Shown: positions 27,810 to 41,231, counted from the first letter of the stretch. The stretch is DNA of 64,000 nucleotides from Octopus vulgaris (GCA_951406725.2 OX597841.1:18600001-18664000); one strand, 5' to 3'. Notes: generated by a model from the sequence alone, not told the origin. A program made the numbers and translations.

Positions 27810-29487
27810 GTATATGTTTGTGTGCCTGTGTTTGTCCCCCTAGCATTGCTTGACAACCGATGCTGGTGTGTTTACGTCCCCGTCTCTTAGCAGTTCGGCA
27901 AAAGAGACCGATAGAATAAGTACTGGGCTTACAAAGAATAAGTCCCAGGGTCGATTTGCTCGACTAATGGCGGTGCTCCAGCATGGCCGCAGTCAAATGA
28001 CTGAAACAAGTAAAAGAGTAAGAGTATTGTATATGCCTGTGCTTTTTATGTGGTTGAGAAGCAGAAATAAGTATCTTGTTATAGAGGAGGTACATGGTTA
28101 CCCAGTGAGAGAGAGGGAGAGAAAAAGAGAGAGCGACCTAGAATGAGGGCAGAAATAAGTGTGCTGCTGTCGGGGAGACAAGTGGCTTCCCAGCCAGAGG
28201 GAAGAGCAAGGGAAAGAGAGAGAGAGAGAGAGAGTAGAAAACAGCAAAAGCGTAAGAGCGAGTAGGAGAGAGATGATGATGAAGTGCCGGGGTATACTCA
28301 CAAGTAAGAAGGATCAGAGCAGAGATGTGATGGTAGAGTAGAGAAAAAAAAGGGGTATGAAGGGCATAAAATATGCAGTCAGGTGTTACCAAGAAGGTGC
28401 AAGTGGGGACTGGAGTGATGGGTGGAAACCTGGGTAGAGGGCAGTGGGGGTAGGAAAGGGGATTGGAAGAAATGTGAGGAAGAGAAAGATGCAGTTTAGA
28501 AGAGATTTGGTTTGGTTTCTTGGAGTAGGGTCTGTGGAAATTGTGTTGTTCCATGCGGGACACAACTCTTCTAGCTCTCCATTTCGCTGACGTGGGTAGG
28601 ACTTTTCTAGGACCTCATATCGGCAAACATCTCATTCCATTGTCATTTCCACCATGAGTCCCAACATCCTAAGATCAGTCCACACTACTTCATCACATGT
28701 CTTCCTGGGTCTCCCCCTTTTACAGGTATCATCCACTTCATTGACAGGCATTTCATACACATCACATGTCCAAACCAATGCATTCTCCTCACCTGCATGC
28801 CACATTTAATCCCTGTTAGGCCTAACTTTTCTCTCAGCACAGTTCTGCTTTGTCGGCCATGCACATTGATGTTTCAAATCCAAATTGAGCATCCTACCTT
28901 CGCTCCTTTCCACTCCACACATGTCCTCTCCAGTCAGACCCTATGTCTCACCTTCACGTCATATAGCTGTTCTCACACAGGCATCATACAATCCACCTTT
29001 CACTCTGAGAGAGAGTCCTTTTGCTGCCAACAGAGGCAGTAACCCTCTGAGCTTCCTCTACCCTTCAGAAGGACCAATTCTATGGGGTTCTTTTGCAGGT
29101 TACCTCAATGACAAATGACAGAGGTTTCATTATTTTGGCTGGCAATTTTAATGGACATGTGCAGCTTCTTTCAGTTCTACCAAATCCACTCACAAGGCCT
29201 CGGTGCCACTTGCCCGAGGTGCCACATTTTTTTTTTTTTACTTTCTGTCCAATTTCTTTTTTCTTGTTCTTTTCCTCTTTAAATTTTTCTTTCCCTAAAC
29301 AACCATCAATTTCGATGATACCACTCTTCTGCACATCTTTCTTACATACCACTCGAAGCTGTTTTCCTCTGCTTCAACACGCTCCTGGCAACTGATCAAA
29401 ATTCTATCCATTCTTCTGGACAATTACAATCTATCAGTGTCACTCCTAGCATAAAATGCTCTGTGCATTATCAATACTTTTCATGCC

Positions 29488-29578
<91 letters not shown>

Positions 29579-29579
29579 T

Positions 29580-29611
<32 letters not shown>

Positions 29612-29624
29612 TATTATCCTTATT

Positions 29625-29656
<32 letters not shown>

Positions 29657-29787
29657 TATTATTATTATTATTGAGTGAGAGAGCAGTGCATGCCATCAAA
29701 GTGACACTGGGGTAAAATATACGAAGCCCAGTATACCCATCATGACTACCCACCTGATAAGGGTACACTAGGCACATGCATCACAAT

Positions 29788-31045
29788 TTTGCTAATTTCT
29801 ATTTCAAGATCTTTATATTTGCTCAGTTTCTGGTAGGTCTTGACAGATACGTTTATATCGATTGGGACTGTCATATCAACGAGGAGGCAAGATTTTTGTC
29901 TGTAAGTATGAGATCATGGAGAACCACACTAACTTTGAACAGTGACTTTTACTATGATGTCTGGCCTATTCGCATCTATCTTTCTGTCAGTTTGAATGGG
30001 GAAGTTACAGAGGAGTGAGATGTGGTCATTTTCAAGCACTGGAAGTGGTTTGTGTTCCCACCAGCTTTTATCATGGGGCAAATCCAAGTTTTTGCAAATT
30101 ACCCAGTGAATATATTGTGCAGCTCTATCATGCCTGTTGAGATACTCTGTAGGCACTAGAAGACTGCACTTGGAGACAATACAATCAATGGTTTCATTTT
30201 GTTGTTGACATACACAACATGTTGGGCTACTGCCGTTCTTTAATATGTTGGCCTGGTAGTTTCTTGTAAGTAGACATTGATCTTGAGCTGCTATGATGAA
30301 CCCTTCTGTTTCAGATTTTAAGCCAGAGGCCATTAGCCATTGATTGGTCAGGGCTTTGTCAACATCTGCATTATTCGCTCTCTTTGGGTATTTGCCATAG
30401 AGATGTTTTTCTTGCCATTTATCATTCAGAATATCTAAGGCCGCAGTTTTAGCACGGGTTTTCATGCGCTTAGCTTTTTCTGTGCTTGATTTTTGTATGT
30501 CTAATTCCAAAATTTGTTGTATTCGGAATTCACTTAGATATTCATTTGCCTGTTTTGTTACTGAGTATGATGCTTTCTTGTTTTCATGTTTTGAGACAAG
30601 TTCTAACATCCAGTCCTCAGAGTTTTTCGGGTAGGTGTCGTTGTTATTGCCAGTTGTAAAAGCCCACGACCTCCCTCTTTTCTTGGTAGATAAAGTCGAA
30701 TCTCTATCTGCCTTAGGGTGGTGCATTCTATGCATTGTCAACAGTTTTTGTATTTTTCTGTCAAGATTGCATATTTCAATAAATGACCAGTTAACGATTT
30801 TGAAACTGTAAGTCACGACTGGTATGGCTAATGCATTGATCGCTTCGATCCTGTTCCTCACATTCAGCTCTGTTTTGAGTATTGCTCTAACTCTGCGATA
30901 ACATTCTCTCCTGATCCTTTCCTTCATCACTGAATGCCTTAATCCGTCCCCTTCAATTACCCCTAGGTACTTGTAGCTCTCTACTGGGTCTAATTCTTTT
31001 ATGACATACTGCTGGTCGAGGTTAACGTTAGATGTTTCTGTCATT
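29788..31045 (-). mobile_element. R4/Dong-clade non-LTR retrotransposon fragment (RT C-terminus, CCHC knuckle, RLE nuclease) next to (TAA)n
   Basis: YKYLG, AINALAIPVVTYSF, GLKSETEGFIIAAQDQ, C..C....ET..(H)IVS.C, YLNRHD, NRPDIIV, K..KYKDL; Dong elements are known to target TAA repeats. Confidence 0.88.
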
Positions 31046-31060
31046 TTTCCTTTGATAAAG

Positions 31061-31133
<73 letters not shown>

Positions 31134-31388
31134 TTTTTATTCTTTTTTTATTATTATTATTATCATTATTATCATTATTATTATTATTATTATTATTATC
31201 ATTATTATTATTATTGTTATTATCATTATTATTATTATTATTATTATTGTTATTATCATTATTATCATTATTATTATTATTATTATCATTATTATTATTA
31301 TTTTTATCATTATTATTATAATTATTATTATTTATTATTATTATTATTATCATTATTATTATTATCATTATTATTATTATTGTTATTA

Positions 31389-31428
<40 letters not shown>

Positions 31429-31578
31429 CATTATTATCATTATTATTATCATTATTATTATCATTATTATTATTATTGTTATTATCATTATTATCATTAT
31501 TATTATTATTATTATTATTATCATTATTATTATTATTATCATCATTATTATTATCATTATTATTATTACTATTATTAC

Positions 31579-31623
<45 letters not shown>

Positions 31624-31762
31624 TATTATCATTATTATTATTATGATTAATATTATTATTATTATTATTATTAATACTATTATTATTATTATTATCATTA
31701 CTATTACAATTCTTATTATTATTATTATTACTACTACTATTACTATTATTATTATTAATATC

Positions 31763-31804
<42 letters not shown>

Positions 31805-32088
31805 GTTATTGTTATTATTATTATATTATTATTATTATCATCGTCATCATCATTATTATTATTATTGTCAATATTATTATTAGTACTATTATTTTTGTTA
31901 TTGTTATTGTTATTATTTATTACTATTATTATTATTGTTGTTTTTGTTATTATTTATTATTATTATTATTGTTATTGTTATTATTGTCGTTGTTATTATT
32001 GTTATTGTTGTTGTTATTATTATTATTATTATTACTATTATTATTATTATTATTATTGTTGTTATTGTTGTTATTGTTATTGTTGTTG
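31042..32088. repeat. ~1-kb compound (ATT/ATC/GTT)n microsatellite abutting the CACNG acceptor
   Basis: Directly visible. Confidence 0.95.
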
Positions 32089-32100
32089 TCTCTTCTTCAG

Positions 32101-33383
32101 GTCTGGCTTTGTCAGTTGGCATCATCCTCTACATATCAGCTGTCAACGATGAGGTGGGACATCGGGCTAAGATCATTGGGGTTCAAGGTCCCAAGTTTGC
32201 CTACTTCTATGGCTGGTCGTTCTTCTTTGCCGGAGTCTCATTCATCACTGCCGAAATGGCAGCCGTGTTCGGCATCTCACTCTATCTGCTGCGCAACTCA
32301 CACGTCGACGACATCCTGCGCATCATCCCTGGCCTGGAGGACAGGTTAGACAAACTGAATAAACTTAATGGTTACCGCAACGACTACGAGGACGATGATG
32401 TTTACGAGGATGGTGAAAGTCACTACGCTCGCACCCCGGGCAAGCAACAACCACAAGAAGAACAACAACAGCAGCAGCAACAGCAACAACAACAACAACA
32501 ACACAGCATTTATCAAACTTTACAACAAATACAGCAAGAGAAACAACAGCAACAAATTAGTCACTACCAAACACTGCAACAAATACAGCGTGAGAAAGAA
32601 CAGCAGCGGCAAGAAGAACAACAACAACATAGCCACTACCAGACACTACAACAGATTCAACCGGAGAAGCTGCATCATGGCCATTACCAAACGTTGCAGG
32701 AAATAAAACAGGAGAAACAGCAACAGGAATGCCGTGAAATGGATGCCGAGAGTAACATTTATGCGACATTACGCCATGCTGACGAGATGAGGAAAGACCC
32801 ACGCGTCATCATTAGCGACTTTGATTTCGGTGGCTCCATCTATGGTGATAACGTGGACAGGGTCACCCCCGTTCAATCAGACCTGGCCACCAACATCAGC
32901 ACCGGCCTTGATACGTATGCTGATCCATACACACTCGATGGTTCAAAGTACACCATCTACGGACGAGTATCTCCAGCCAGCGCCGGTGGCGAAGGGTCAG
33001 GCATGGCGGCTGCGCCGTCGACGTCCTATGCCACATACGACGTCATCAACAACGCCCCCGACGACATCACCGACCTCGGCAGTGAAGTCGGCAGCGAGGT
33101 TTACTTCGGTGACGACGTGTTTGACAGCGGCACTGGAGGAGCCGGGTTCGGCGGCAGCAAGGACGACGAGCAGCTTTACGGATACTGTTATGTCCGTGAT
33201 GTGCATCGCCAACAACAACAACAACAACAGCAACAACAACAACCACCACAACAACAACAACAGCAACAACAGCAACAAGGGCACCACTACCACCACCACC
33301 CCCACCTCTTAGAAATCCAACACCACTCCCATTACCAACAACAAGAACAGGAAGACGAGAACCCGTATCAGTACCTGCACCAA

Positions 33384-33414
<31 letters not shown>

Positions 33415-33479
33415 AGCAGCAACAACATCAGCAGCATCAGTATTATTATTATCAATATCAGCAGCAGCATCCACAGTAA
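32101..33479 (+). CDS. CACNG: TARP/stargazin-like (CACNG5/7-like) terminal coding exon: TM3, ECL2, TM4 and ~390-aa cytoplasmic tail
   Basis: tcttcttcAG acceptor; GLALSVGIILYISAVNDEV...YFYGWSFFFAGVSFITAEMAAVFGISLY is the PMP22/claudin-fold CACNG signature (YISxxNDE, YGWSF); in frame with the previous exon; TAA at 33477-33479. Confidence 0.93.
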
Positions 33480-33747
33480 CGACAAGAACAATAACATGAA
33501 CACTTAATCTCAAAATTGAGTCCGAAGGAAAGGAAAAACTAGCATTTCCATTGGTAGAGCTGCAGCCACTGACTTTGACTCACACGTGTGTCTGTATGTG
33601 TATATATATATATATATATGTGTATATATATATATATATAAATTGGTAAAAACGGTAAGATAACAAAAGAAAGAAAGAGACCTCAATATTATGTAAATAG
33701 AGGAAATTCATCTATAAAATAATATGTTACAATTACTCAATAGTCAA

Positions 33748-33808
33748 GATAAAACTCAGAGTTTCAGATGCCGAAGTGGAAATCCACAACACCATCTCTT
33801 CGGTTATC
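33748..33808 (-). ncRNA. Hammerhead-like motif, CCGAAGA core variant
   Basis: Minus strand: gataa-CCGAAGA-gatg...catc t-GAAA-ctc t gag-TT-ttatc. Confidence 0.55.
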
Positions 33809-33902
33809 TGGCCATCTGAAAAAACGCTATGGCGTTGTGGATTTCCACTTCGGCATCTGGAACTCAGAGTTTTATCTTGACTATTGAGTAATTGTAACAT
33901 AT

Positions 33903-33941
<39 letters not shown>

Positions 33942-34018
33942 ATAATATGAGGGAATATTATTCCAAACTTAAAGGGAAAAATTCAATTTAGAAATACTAA
34001 ATCAAATTGCACAAAATG

Positions 34019-34061
<43 letters not shown>

Positions 34062-34346
34062 TGTACAATTTGATGTGTGTGTAAATACATACATACATAC
34101 ATACATACAAACATGCATACATACATACATACATAAAAATATGCATGCATACATACATACATACATACATACATGCACACATACATACATACATACATGC
34201 ATGCATACATACATACATATATATATTTATACACAGTAAAAGTCTATTTGCAAAAGCAACATGGCAGTCCCATGTAGGATGATATTACTACATTTTAGCC
34301 CCAGGAAAGCATCTTTTCCAGCTGGTTACTGACACTTGATCGCCAT

Positions 34347-34383
<37 letters not shown>

Positions 34384-34476
34384 ATATAATCTTACCGTGG
34401 GTGACATCATGGAGCCAAAACGGTGAATATGTTATAATCAACATACTAATAGGTGTATACTCAAAGTCCAAATAGT

Positions 34477-34536
<60 letters not shown>

Positions 34537-34823
34537 ACATATATATATATGTATGTAAACATATTGATATATATTATTTATTATTATTATATCCTATATA
34601 TATTTATATACATACATATATATACATATAGATATGTATACATATGTGTATACATACGTATATATATGCGCATGTGTGTATATATATATGTGTGTGTATA
34701 CATACATACATACATACATACACACATCTACATATATTTATGTGTGTGTGTATGACTTGAGGTGTATACAGTGAAGAAGCAGAAGGAGAAAGTTTTAACA
34801 AATGTGTTACACACACCCATATA

Positions 34824-34872
<49 letters not shown>

Positions 34873-35133
34873 GAGGTGTGTATGATTTGTGTATAGATGA
34901 ATGTATTACATACCCACACAAACACTCATCTGTGTGTATCAAAAAGGAGATAGGAAAATTCTTTGGTGTTATTTTTGATAAAAATTTCCCATTTCCTTTT
35001 TCTGGTCATTTTACAGAGAATATTTTCCACTATTTTTCAATCCTTTTGCTGCACATCGAAATACAATTTTGAAGACTAGAATAAGCAGACGTGATTCAAG
35101 ACGACACAGCTTGGGTTTTAACCCCATATGTAT

Positions 35134-35188
<55 letters not shown>

Positions 35189-35190
35189 GT

Positions 35191-35251
<61 letters not shown>

Positions 35252-35304
35252 GGCATATATATGTGTATATATATCCATATATATATATATATGTATATAC
35301 ATAT

Positions 35305-35349
<45 letters not shown>

Positions 35350-35354
35350 TATAT

Positions 35355-35454
<100 letters not shown>

Positions 35455-35939
35455 ATGTATATATATGTATATATATATATATATATGATTGTGTGGAGGT
35501 GCAATGGCCCAGTGGTTAGGGCAGCAGAATCGCGGTTGTAGGATTGCAGTTTCAATTCCCAGACCGGGCGTTGTGAGTGTTTACTGAGTGAAAACACTTA
35601 AAGCCCCACGAGGCACCGGCAGGGGTGGTGCTGATCCCTGCTGTACTCCTTCACCACTCTTTCTCTCACTCTTTCTTCTGTTGGCCTGCTCGCTTAGCCA
35701 GCAGGGTGGCATCATTTGAAGCCTAAAACAATCCAAAGTGCATTGTGACCAGCGATGTGTAGCAATATCTGATAGCCTGGTCTGTCATGTTGATCACAGT
35801 GATCATATATAACTTATAAATAAGGGCAAACGAAAAAATTTCTAATGCCAAACATGCCAAAAGTAGACACATTGTCCATAACTATATAATTTATCACAAT
35901 ACGCATGCTACTCGAAAAAGATAAATGCGGTGACCACAT

Positions 35940-35999
35940 TTATCACTGACGAAGGGAGGGTTCTTATGAGCTAACTCTGAAATCGGTCCGATATGGTAA
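35940..35999 (+). ncRNA. Type I hammerhead ribozyme motif (canonical core)
   Basis: ttatca-CTGACGA-aggg..ggttc ttat gagct..ctct-GAAA-tcgg t ccga-TA-tggtaa; 6-bp stem I, stem III ATCGG/CCGAT, AUA triplet. Confidence 0.8.
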
Positions 36000-36441
36000 T
36001 AATGGAATTTTTTAGAAATTTCTGTCGACCTTTTTCGAGTAGCATGCGTATTGTGATAAATTATATAGTTATGGACAATGTGTCTAATTTTGGCATATTT
36101 GGCATTAGAAATTTTTTCGTTTGCCCTTATTTATAAGTTGTTTATAAATTTAACCTTTAAAGGCATTTTTTAATATGCTGGGCATTGATAAAAATTTTTT
36201 CGAAAAAATTTTATCCTACATTAGATGTATATATATATATATATATATATATTATTATTATTATTATAACACGGGATTGGTTTGTGCCTCAGCATGCACT
36301 GAAAAACAGACGTCAACTGTAAGAGAAGGATGTGAGTTCTACTTTGCAGCATATCTCTGCGAGTCTTGACGGGTCTATGCTAAGCAAAGACGCAGCTCGC
36401 TTACATATTCATGGCCACTTGTATATTTATGCCTGGGTGTA

Positions 36442-36510
36442 CCGACGCTGATGAAGGCAACAGGTAATGCTTTTTATTACTTTAAGCCTGAAACACGATC
36501 ATGTACGTGG
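36442..36510 (+). ncRNA. Type I hammerhead ribozyme motif (canonical core)
   Basis: acg-CTGATGA-aggc...gcct-GAAA-ca cgatca tg-TA-cgt; GUA triplet. Confidence 0.75.
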
Positions 36511-36746
36511 CTAACCAAAGTTCTAATCCATTTACTGTCTTCTACTAGCCTAATTTGTTGTGTGTATTTCTCGGAGAATTCATGGTGGTGTCTTTTGACA
36601 TCTATTTTTCAGTGCGTGGCAAGGGGCAAGCCAAGCCCTTGTTATAATTATGTATATAATTATATATATATATATATATATTAATTTACTCTGCTATGTA
36701 TTGAGTACCTTATTTACTGTGGTTAACCCCGACTCAACCCGGGACC

Positions 36747-36781
<35 letters not shown>

Positions 36782-36961
36782 CAAAATAAAAACATGATGC
36801 AAAGGATTTAGCGGTACATATGTTTCTAGCTTTTATTAGACAGTTTATATCAATGCATAATTGATGTAATTAAAATAAATGCCAGAAACATATGTACCGC
36901 TAAATCTTTTGCATCATGTTTTTATTTTGATAAATATACTCTATCACCTACACCACTAAAT

Positions 36962-37023
<62 letters not shown>

Positions 37024-37189
37024 GGTAAAAATCATTTATGATTTTGCCCTTTATTATTATTATATCCTATATATATATATATATATATATATATACTAAC
37101 CCTAACCTTAACATTGATTTACTGATGTGAAGATAGACTATGGTTAGTAAATCAGACTAAGTGCAATTTTTTATACACTCACAAAGTTC

Positions 37190-38055
37190 AGCTGGCGTTA
37201 ATAACTGATAAAAGCAGAGTGAAGCTGCTTGGCAAAAATTAACCTTGATCTCTGCTGTGCATGCAGACTAAGTTTTTATGTTCTATCTCATTTCTGCTTT
37301 TTACAGCAGTGCTTGTAAGGAAGGTGTGTAGCGTGTGATCATTGCATTGACCATGATAGAGAAAGTTGTCATGGCGATACCTGCTCAGGGGCCTGTGCAA
37401 TGTTGCGGAAAGTGTATGGAGAGGAGGAGTGTATGAGCCGCACTCAAGTGTACAAGTGGGTCAGACGTTTCCAAGATGGCCAAAAAAATGTTGATACTGA
37501 CGAATATTCTGGGAGACTCGCAACCAGCAGAACTGAGAAGAACATCACAGATGTGCATGCAACTGCAAGGGGAAATCATTGAATCACCATCCGTGAGTTA
37601 TCAGAAGATGTGCAGATCAGTTACGGTTCAGTTCAGTCCATTATCACAGAAGATTTGGGTGTGAGACACATGTCTGCCATTTTTGTGCCAAAATTGCTTT
37701 CGGCTGACCCAAAAGACACTCAGATTTCAGTTGCACAAGATCTCCTTGATTGTGTCACGAATGATGAAAACTTTTTGAAAACTTTGTGTAGGCCTCTGAG
37801 CAGGTACAGCCAAGCTTTTGGCAAAATTTGATACAGATTCTCTGCTCAACTTTCTCTGTCATGGTCATTGTGATGATCACACGCTACACAGCTTCCTTCC
37901 AAGCACTGCTGTAAATAGCAGAAGTGAGCTAGAGGGTTAAAACTTAGTGTGCATGCACAGCAGCGTTCAAGGTCAATCTGTGCCAAGCGGCTTCACTTTT
38001 TGTGCATTAGTTTTGTTACTATGGCAACATTCGGGATACTTATTGATCAGACCAC
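37190..38055 (+). mobile_element. Internally deleted mariner-type element with ~165-bp inverted arms
   Basis: Arms ~37203-37368 / ~37847-38012; internal VYGEEECMSRTQVYKWVRRFQDG, ISYGSVQSIITEDLG...FVPKLL. Confidence 0.8.
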
Positions 38056-38149
38056 ATATATACATACATGCGTACATATGTACACACACACACATAATTG
38101 GATAGTACATATAATGAAGTCAAAAGCTGCAACTCCACCAATAGAGAGG

Positions 38150-38580
38150 ATGATCAGGACTGACCTGGGGCTAAACAACAAGCGAGGACACATCACATAA
38201 TGTAATCCTTGATATGTCTAAAGAAAAGACAGGTTGGTCACATTTGGAACATCTCTGATCATAGATCTACTGGATCAGGACTGACCTTGGGCTAAACAAC
38301 AAGGAAGGACACATCACATAATGCAATCCTTGATACACTTATGTCTAAATAAAAGACAGGGTGGTCACAGGTAGGACATTTTTTACCATAAGCCTACTAG
38401 ATCAGGAGTTATCTGGAGCTAAACAACACAAAAACGATGGCCACATTAGATGATGTAGTCCTTGATACACTTATGTCTGAATAAAAGACAGGATGGTCAC
38501 AGCTGGAACATCTTTGATCATAGGTCTACTGGATCAGGACTGACCTGGGGCTAAACAGCAACAAAGAAGGGACACATTGA
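38150..38580. repeat. ~125-bp tandem repeat, about 3.5 copies
   Basis: GATCAGGACTGACCTGGGGCTAAACA recurs at ~38152, 38273, 38400, 38532. Confidence 0.85.
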
Positions 38581-38818
38581 TACTCTTAGTAACATTGCCA
38601 GTGTCGAGAAGATGACTAAAAGGGCAACGAAGAATTGTCCAAGAAACCAGTTTGGTGGCATCCCTGTGTGCCTGGCCTCTGTGTGTCCTCTGGTCTTTTA
38701 TTTGGCAGACAAGTTCCAGGGTTTCAGGTTCTGGGCTGATCTGCTTCTTTGCTTCTTTACATTGGTTTATTTCCCAATGATAGCTACCCCATCCCCCACC
38801 CCCGGTGTCATTATGCTT

Positions 38819-38873
38819 CACCTGTGAAACACCTGTGAAACACCTGTGAAACACCTGTGAAACACCTGTGGAA
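38819..38873. repeat. (CACCTGTGAAA)x5 11-bp tandem
   Basis: Directly visible. Confidence 0.9.
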
Positions 38874-39789
38874 ATGCTTCTTTTATTTATTCACTTATTG
38901 TTTTCACCTATTATCAGAGGTAAAACAGCGAAAGGCACAAGCATATGCAAACACACTCACACACACACACACACACACATGCACATATTCACACACACAC
39001 ACATGCAATCACACACATACACAGGTGCATGCACGCACGCACACACACACACACGCAATCACACACATACACATGTACATGCATGCACATACACACACGC
39101 ACACATGCACATATTCACACACACGCACTCACACAATCACACACACACATGCTATCACACACATACACAGATGCATGCAAACACACACACATTAACTCAT
39201 ATACATGAACATGCACAGAAATACACACACTAACACACACACATGGACTTATTCACAATCACACACACACACGCATGTACAGGTCAACACATTCACATGT
39301 AGATGAACACACACACATACAAGAACATGTGTGAACACACACACACACATATAACCTATTTCTTTATTGCCCACAAGGGGCTACACATAGAGGGGACAAA
39401 CAAGTACAGACAAGCGGATTAAGTCGATTCATCGCCCCCAGTGCGTCACTGGTACTTAATTTATCGACCCTGAAAGGATGAAAGGTAGTCGACCGTGGCG
39501 GAATTTGAACTCAGAACGCAGCGGCAGACGGAATACTGCTAAGCGTTTCGCCCGGCTTGCTAACGATTCTGCCAGCTCACCACACACACATATAACCCAC
39601 CATATTGTCAGCATCCTCAGAGTTCATGCAGAAAGAAACTAAAATCCGAATGTGATGTGGGCAAGTTCGTTAAGCAGTGATGTCGATCAAACCCAGCTTG
39701 ACTGAAATGTCTGCCAATGGCAAAATAAGAAAGTCCCCTCAGTGATTTTGTAACGATATAATCCTTTCGTGGATCCCTGACTCTCCCAC

Positions 39790-40266
39790 AAAACCTTCTT
39801 TTCTTTCTCTTGTCAGTTGTTTGATGACTTGAAATCTTCAAAGCCACAGTCGAACCAATTCTACTCTATGGCTCAGAAACCTGGACGTTATCAAAGAAGC
39901 TTGAGAGGCGGTTGGATGGAACCTACACTCGCCTCCTTATGAGAGCTCAAAATCTCTCGTGGAAGCGTCATCCAACCAAAATGCAAATATATGGGAAACT
40001 ACCACCTGTGTCATCTCTTGTGAAAGGTAGGAGAGTCCAGTTTGCTGGACATTGTTGTAGAGCTGAAAACGAGGCAATTTCTACTCTTCTCCTCTGGAAG
40101 CCATCTACTCGCAATACCAGAGGGTGCACACTCTCCTACCCTGATGTAATCTCCAGGGATACAGGCATCCAGCAACAGGACCTCCGTAATGCCATGATGA
40201 ACCGTGAAGTCTGGTGTAGCATGGTAAATTCCATTGTCTCGACCACGGTCGAACAATGATGATGAT
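39790..40266 (+). mobile_element. RTE/RTE-X-like LINE 3' end, 5'-truncated; near-identical copies at 3392-3752 and 13490-13852
   Basis: LLYGSETWT...[17 protein letters not shown]...[10 protein letters not shown]...REVW; (TGA)n tail directly after the stop codon. Confidence 0.85.
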
Positions 40267-41018
40267 GAAGATTGATGATCTCACATATGTCAGTCTCATC
40301 AAAAACAGAAAAAAAAAAAAGAAATGTGCCCTGTACGCCCTGTAAAATGGTTAGTATTAGGAAGGGGGCCCCAGCCAGAAACAGACAATGCAGTCCTTCA
40401 GTTTTTTGACCCCTAGTCCAACCATACTGCTACATGAAATGGGCCTAGCTGCTTAGACTTTTCGTTTTCTTTTTTTTTTTTGCTTTTGTCATTTGGCTCT
40501 GGCCATGCTGGAGCATCACTTTAAGGGGTTTTAGTCAAACAAATCAACCCCAGGACTTACCCTTTGTAAGCCTAGTACTTATTCCATCAGTCAATTATGC
40601 CGAACTGCTAAGTTATGGGGACATAAACACACCAACATCGGTGCTGGAACAAACGCAGACACAAACACACAGACATATGCATATACTTATACATACATAC
40701 ATTCATAATTATATATATATATACAACACACACATATATATATGATAGGCTTCTTTCAGTTTCCATCAGCCAAATCCACTCACAAGGCTTTGGATGCCCT
40801 GGGGCTGTAGTAGAATACACCTGCCCAAGGTGCCATGCAGTGAGACTGAACCCAGAACCGTGTGCTTGGGAAGCAAGTTACTTACCACACAGCCACATCT
40901 GTGCTTATATTCACTTTTATTATACACATCAGCATTTTACTAGATCAGCCATTAATTTATATGCTACACATATGTATTCCTAGGTGGATTTAGCTAAATC
41001 ATTCGACCAATGGAGTAG

Positions 41019-41065
41019 GCACGGCTGATGAGTCTACAACTGACAGGCAAAACCTGGTCCAGTGC
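41019..41065 (+). ncRNA. Decayed minimal hammerhead motif
   Basis: gcacgg-CTGATGA-gtct acaactgac aggc-AAAA(GAAA mutated)-cc t gg-TC-cagtgc. Confidence 0.55.
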
Positions 41066-41200
41066 TTTTAGCTCTGCTCATGGGGTGGTTATCTCCCCTG
41101 TCAGTGTATGTAAACTGTGTCCTTCATGCACCATGAAGGGTTTTAACTCTTATTTCTTGCAGTACCCTCAGTCGTAATTAATGACAATTTAATTTTTCCT

Positions 41201-41231
<31 letters not shown>

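Noticed and set aside
29929-31698. 589-aa ORF as a gene
   Set aside because: Chimera of (AAT)n translation and a frameshifted Dong/R4 fragment
31935-32100. Hydrophobic N-terminus of the 514-aa ORF
   Set aside because: Intronic microsatellite upstream of the AG acceptor at 32099-32100
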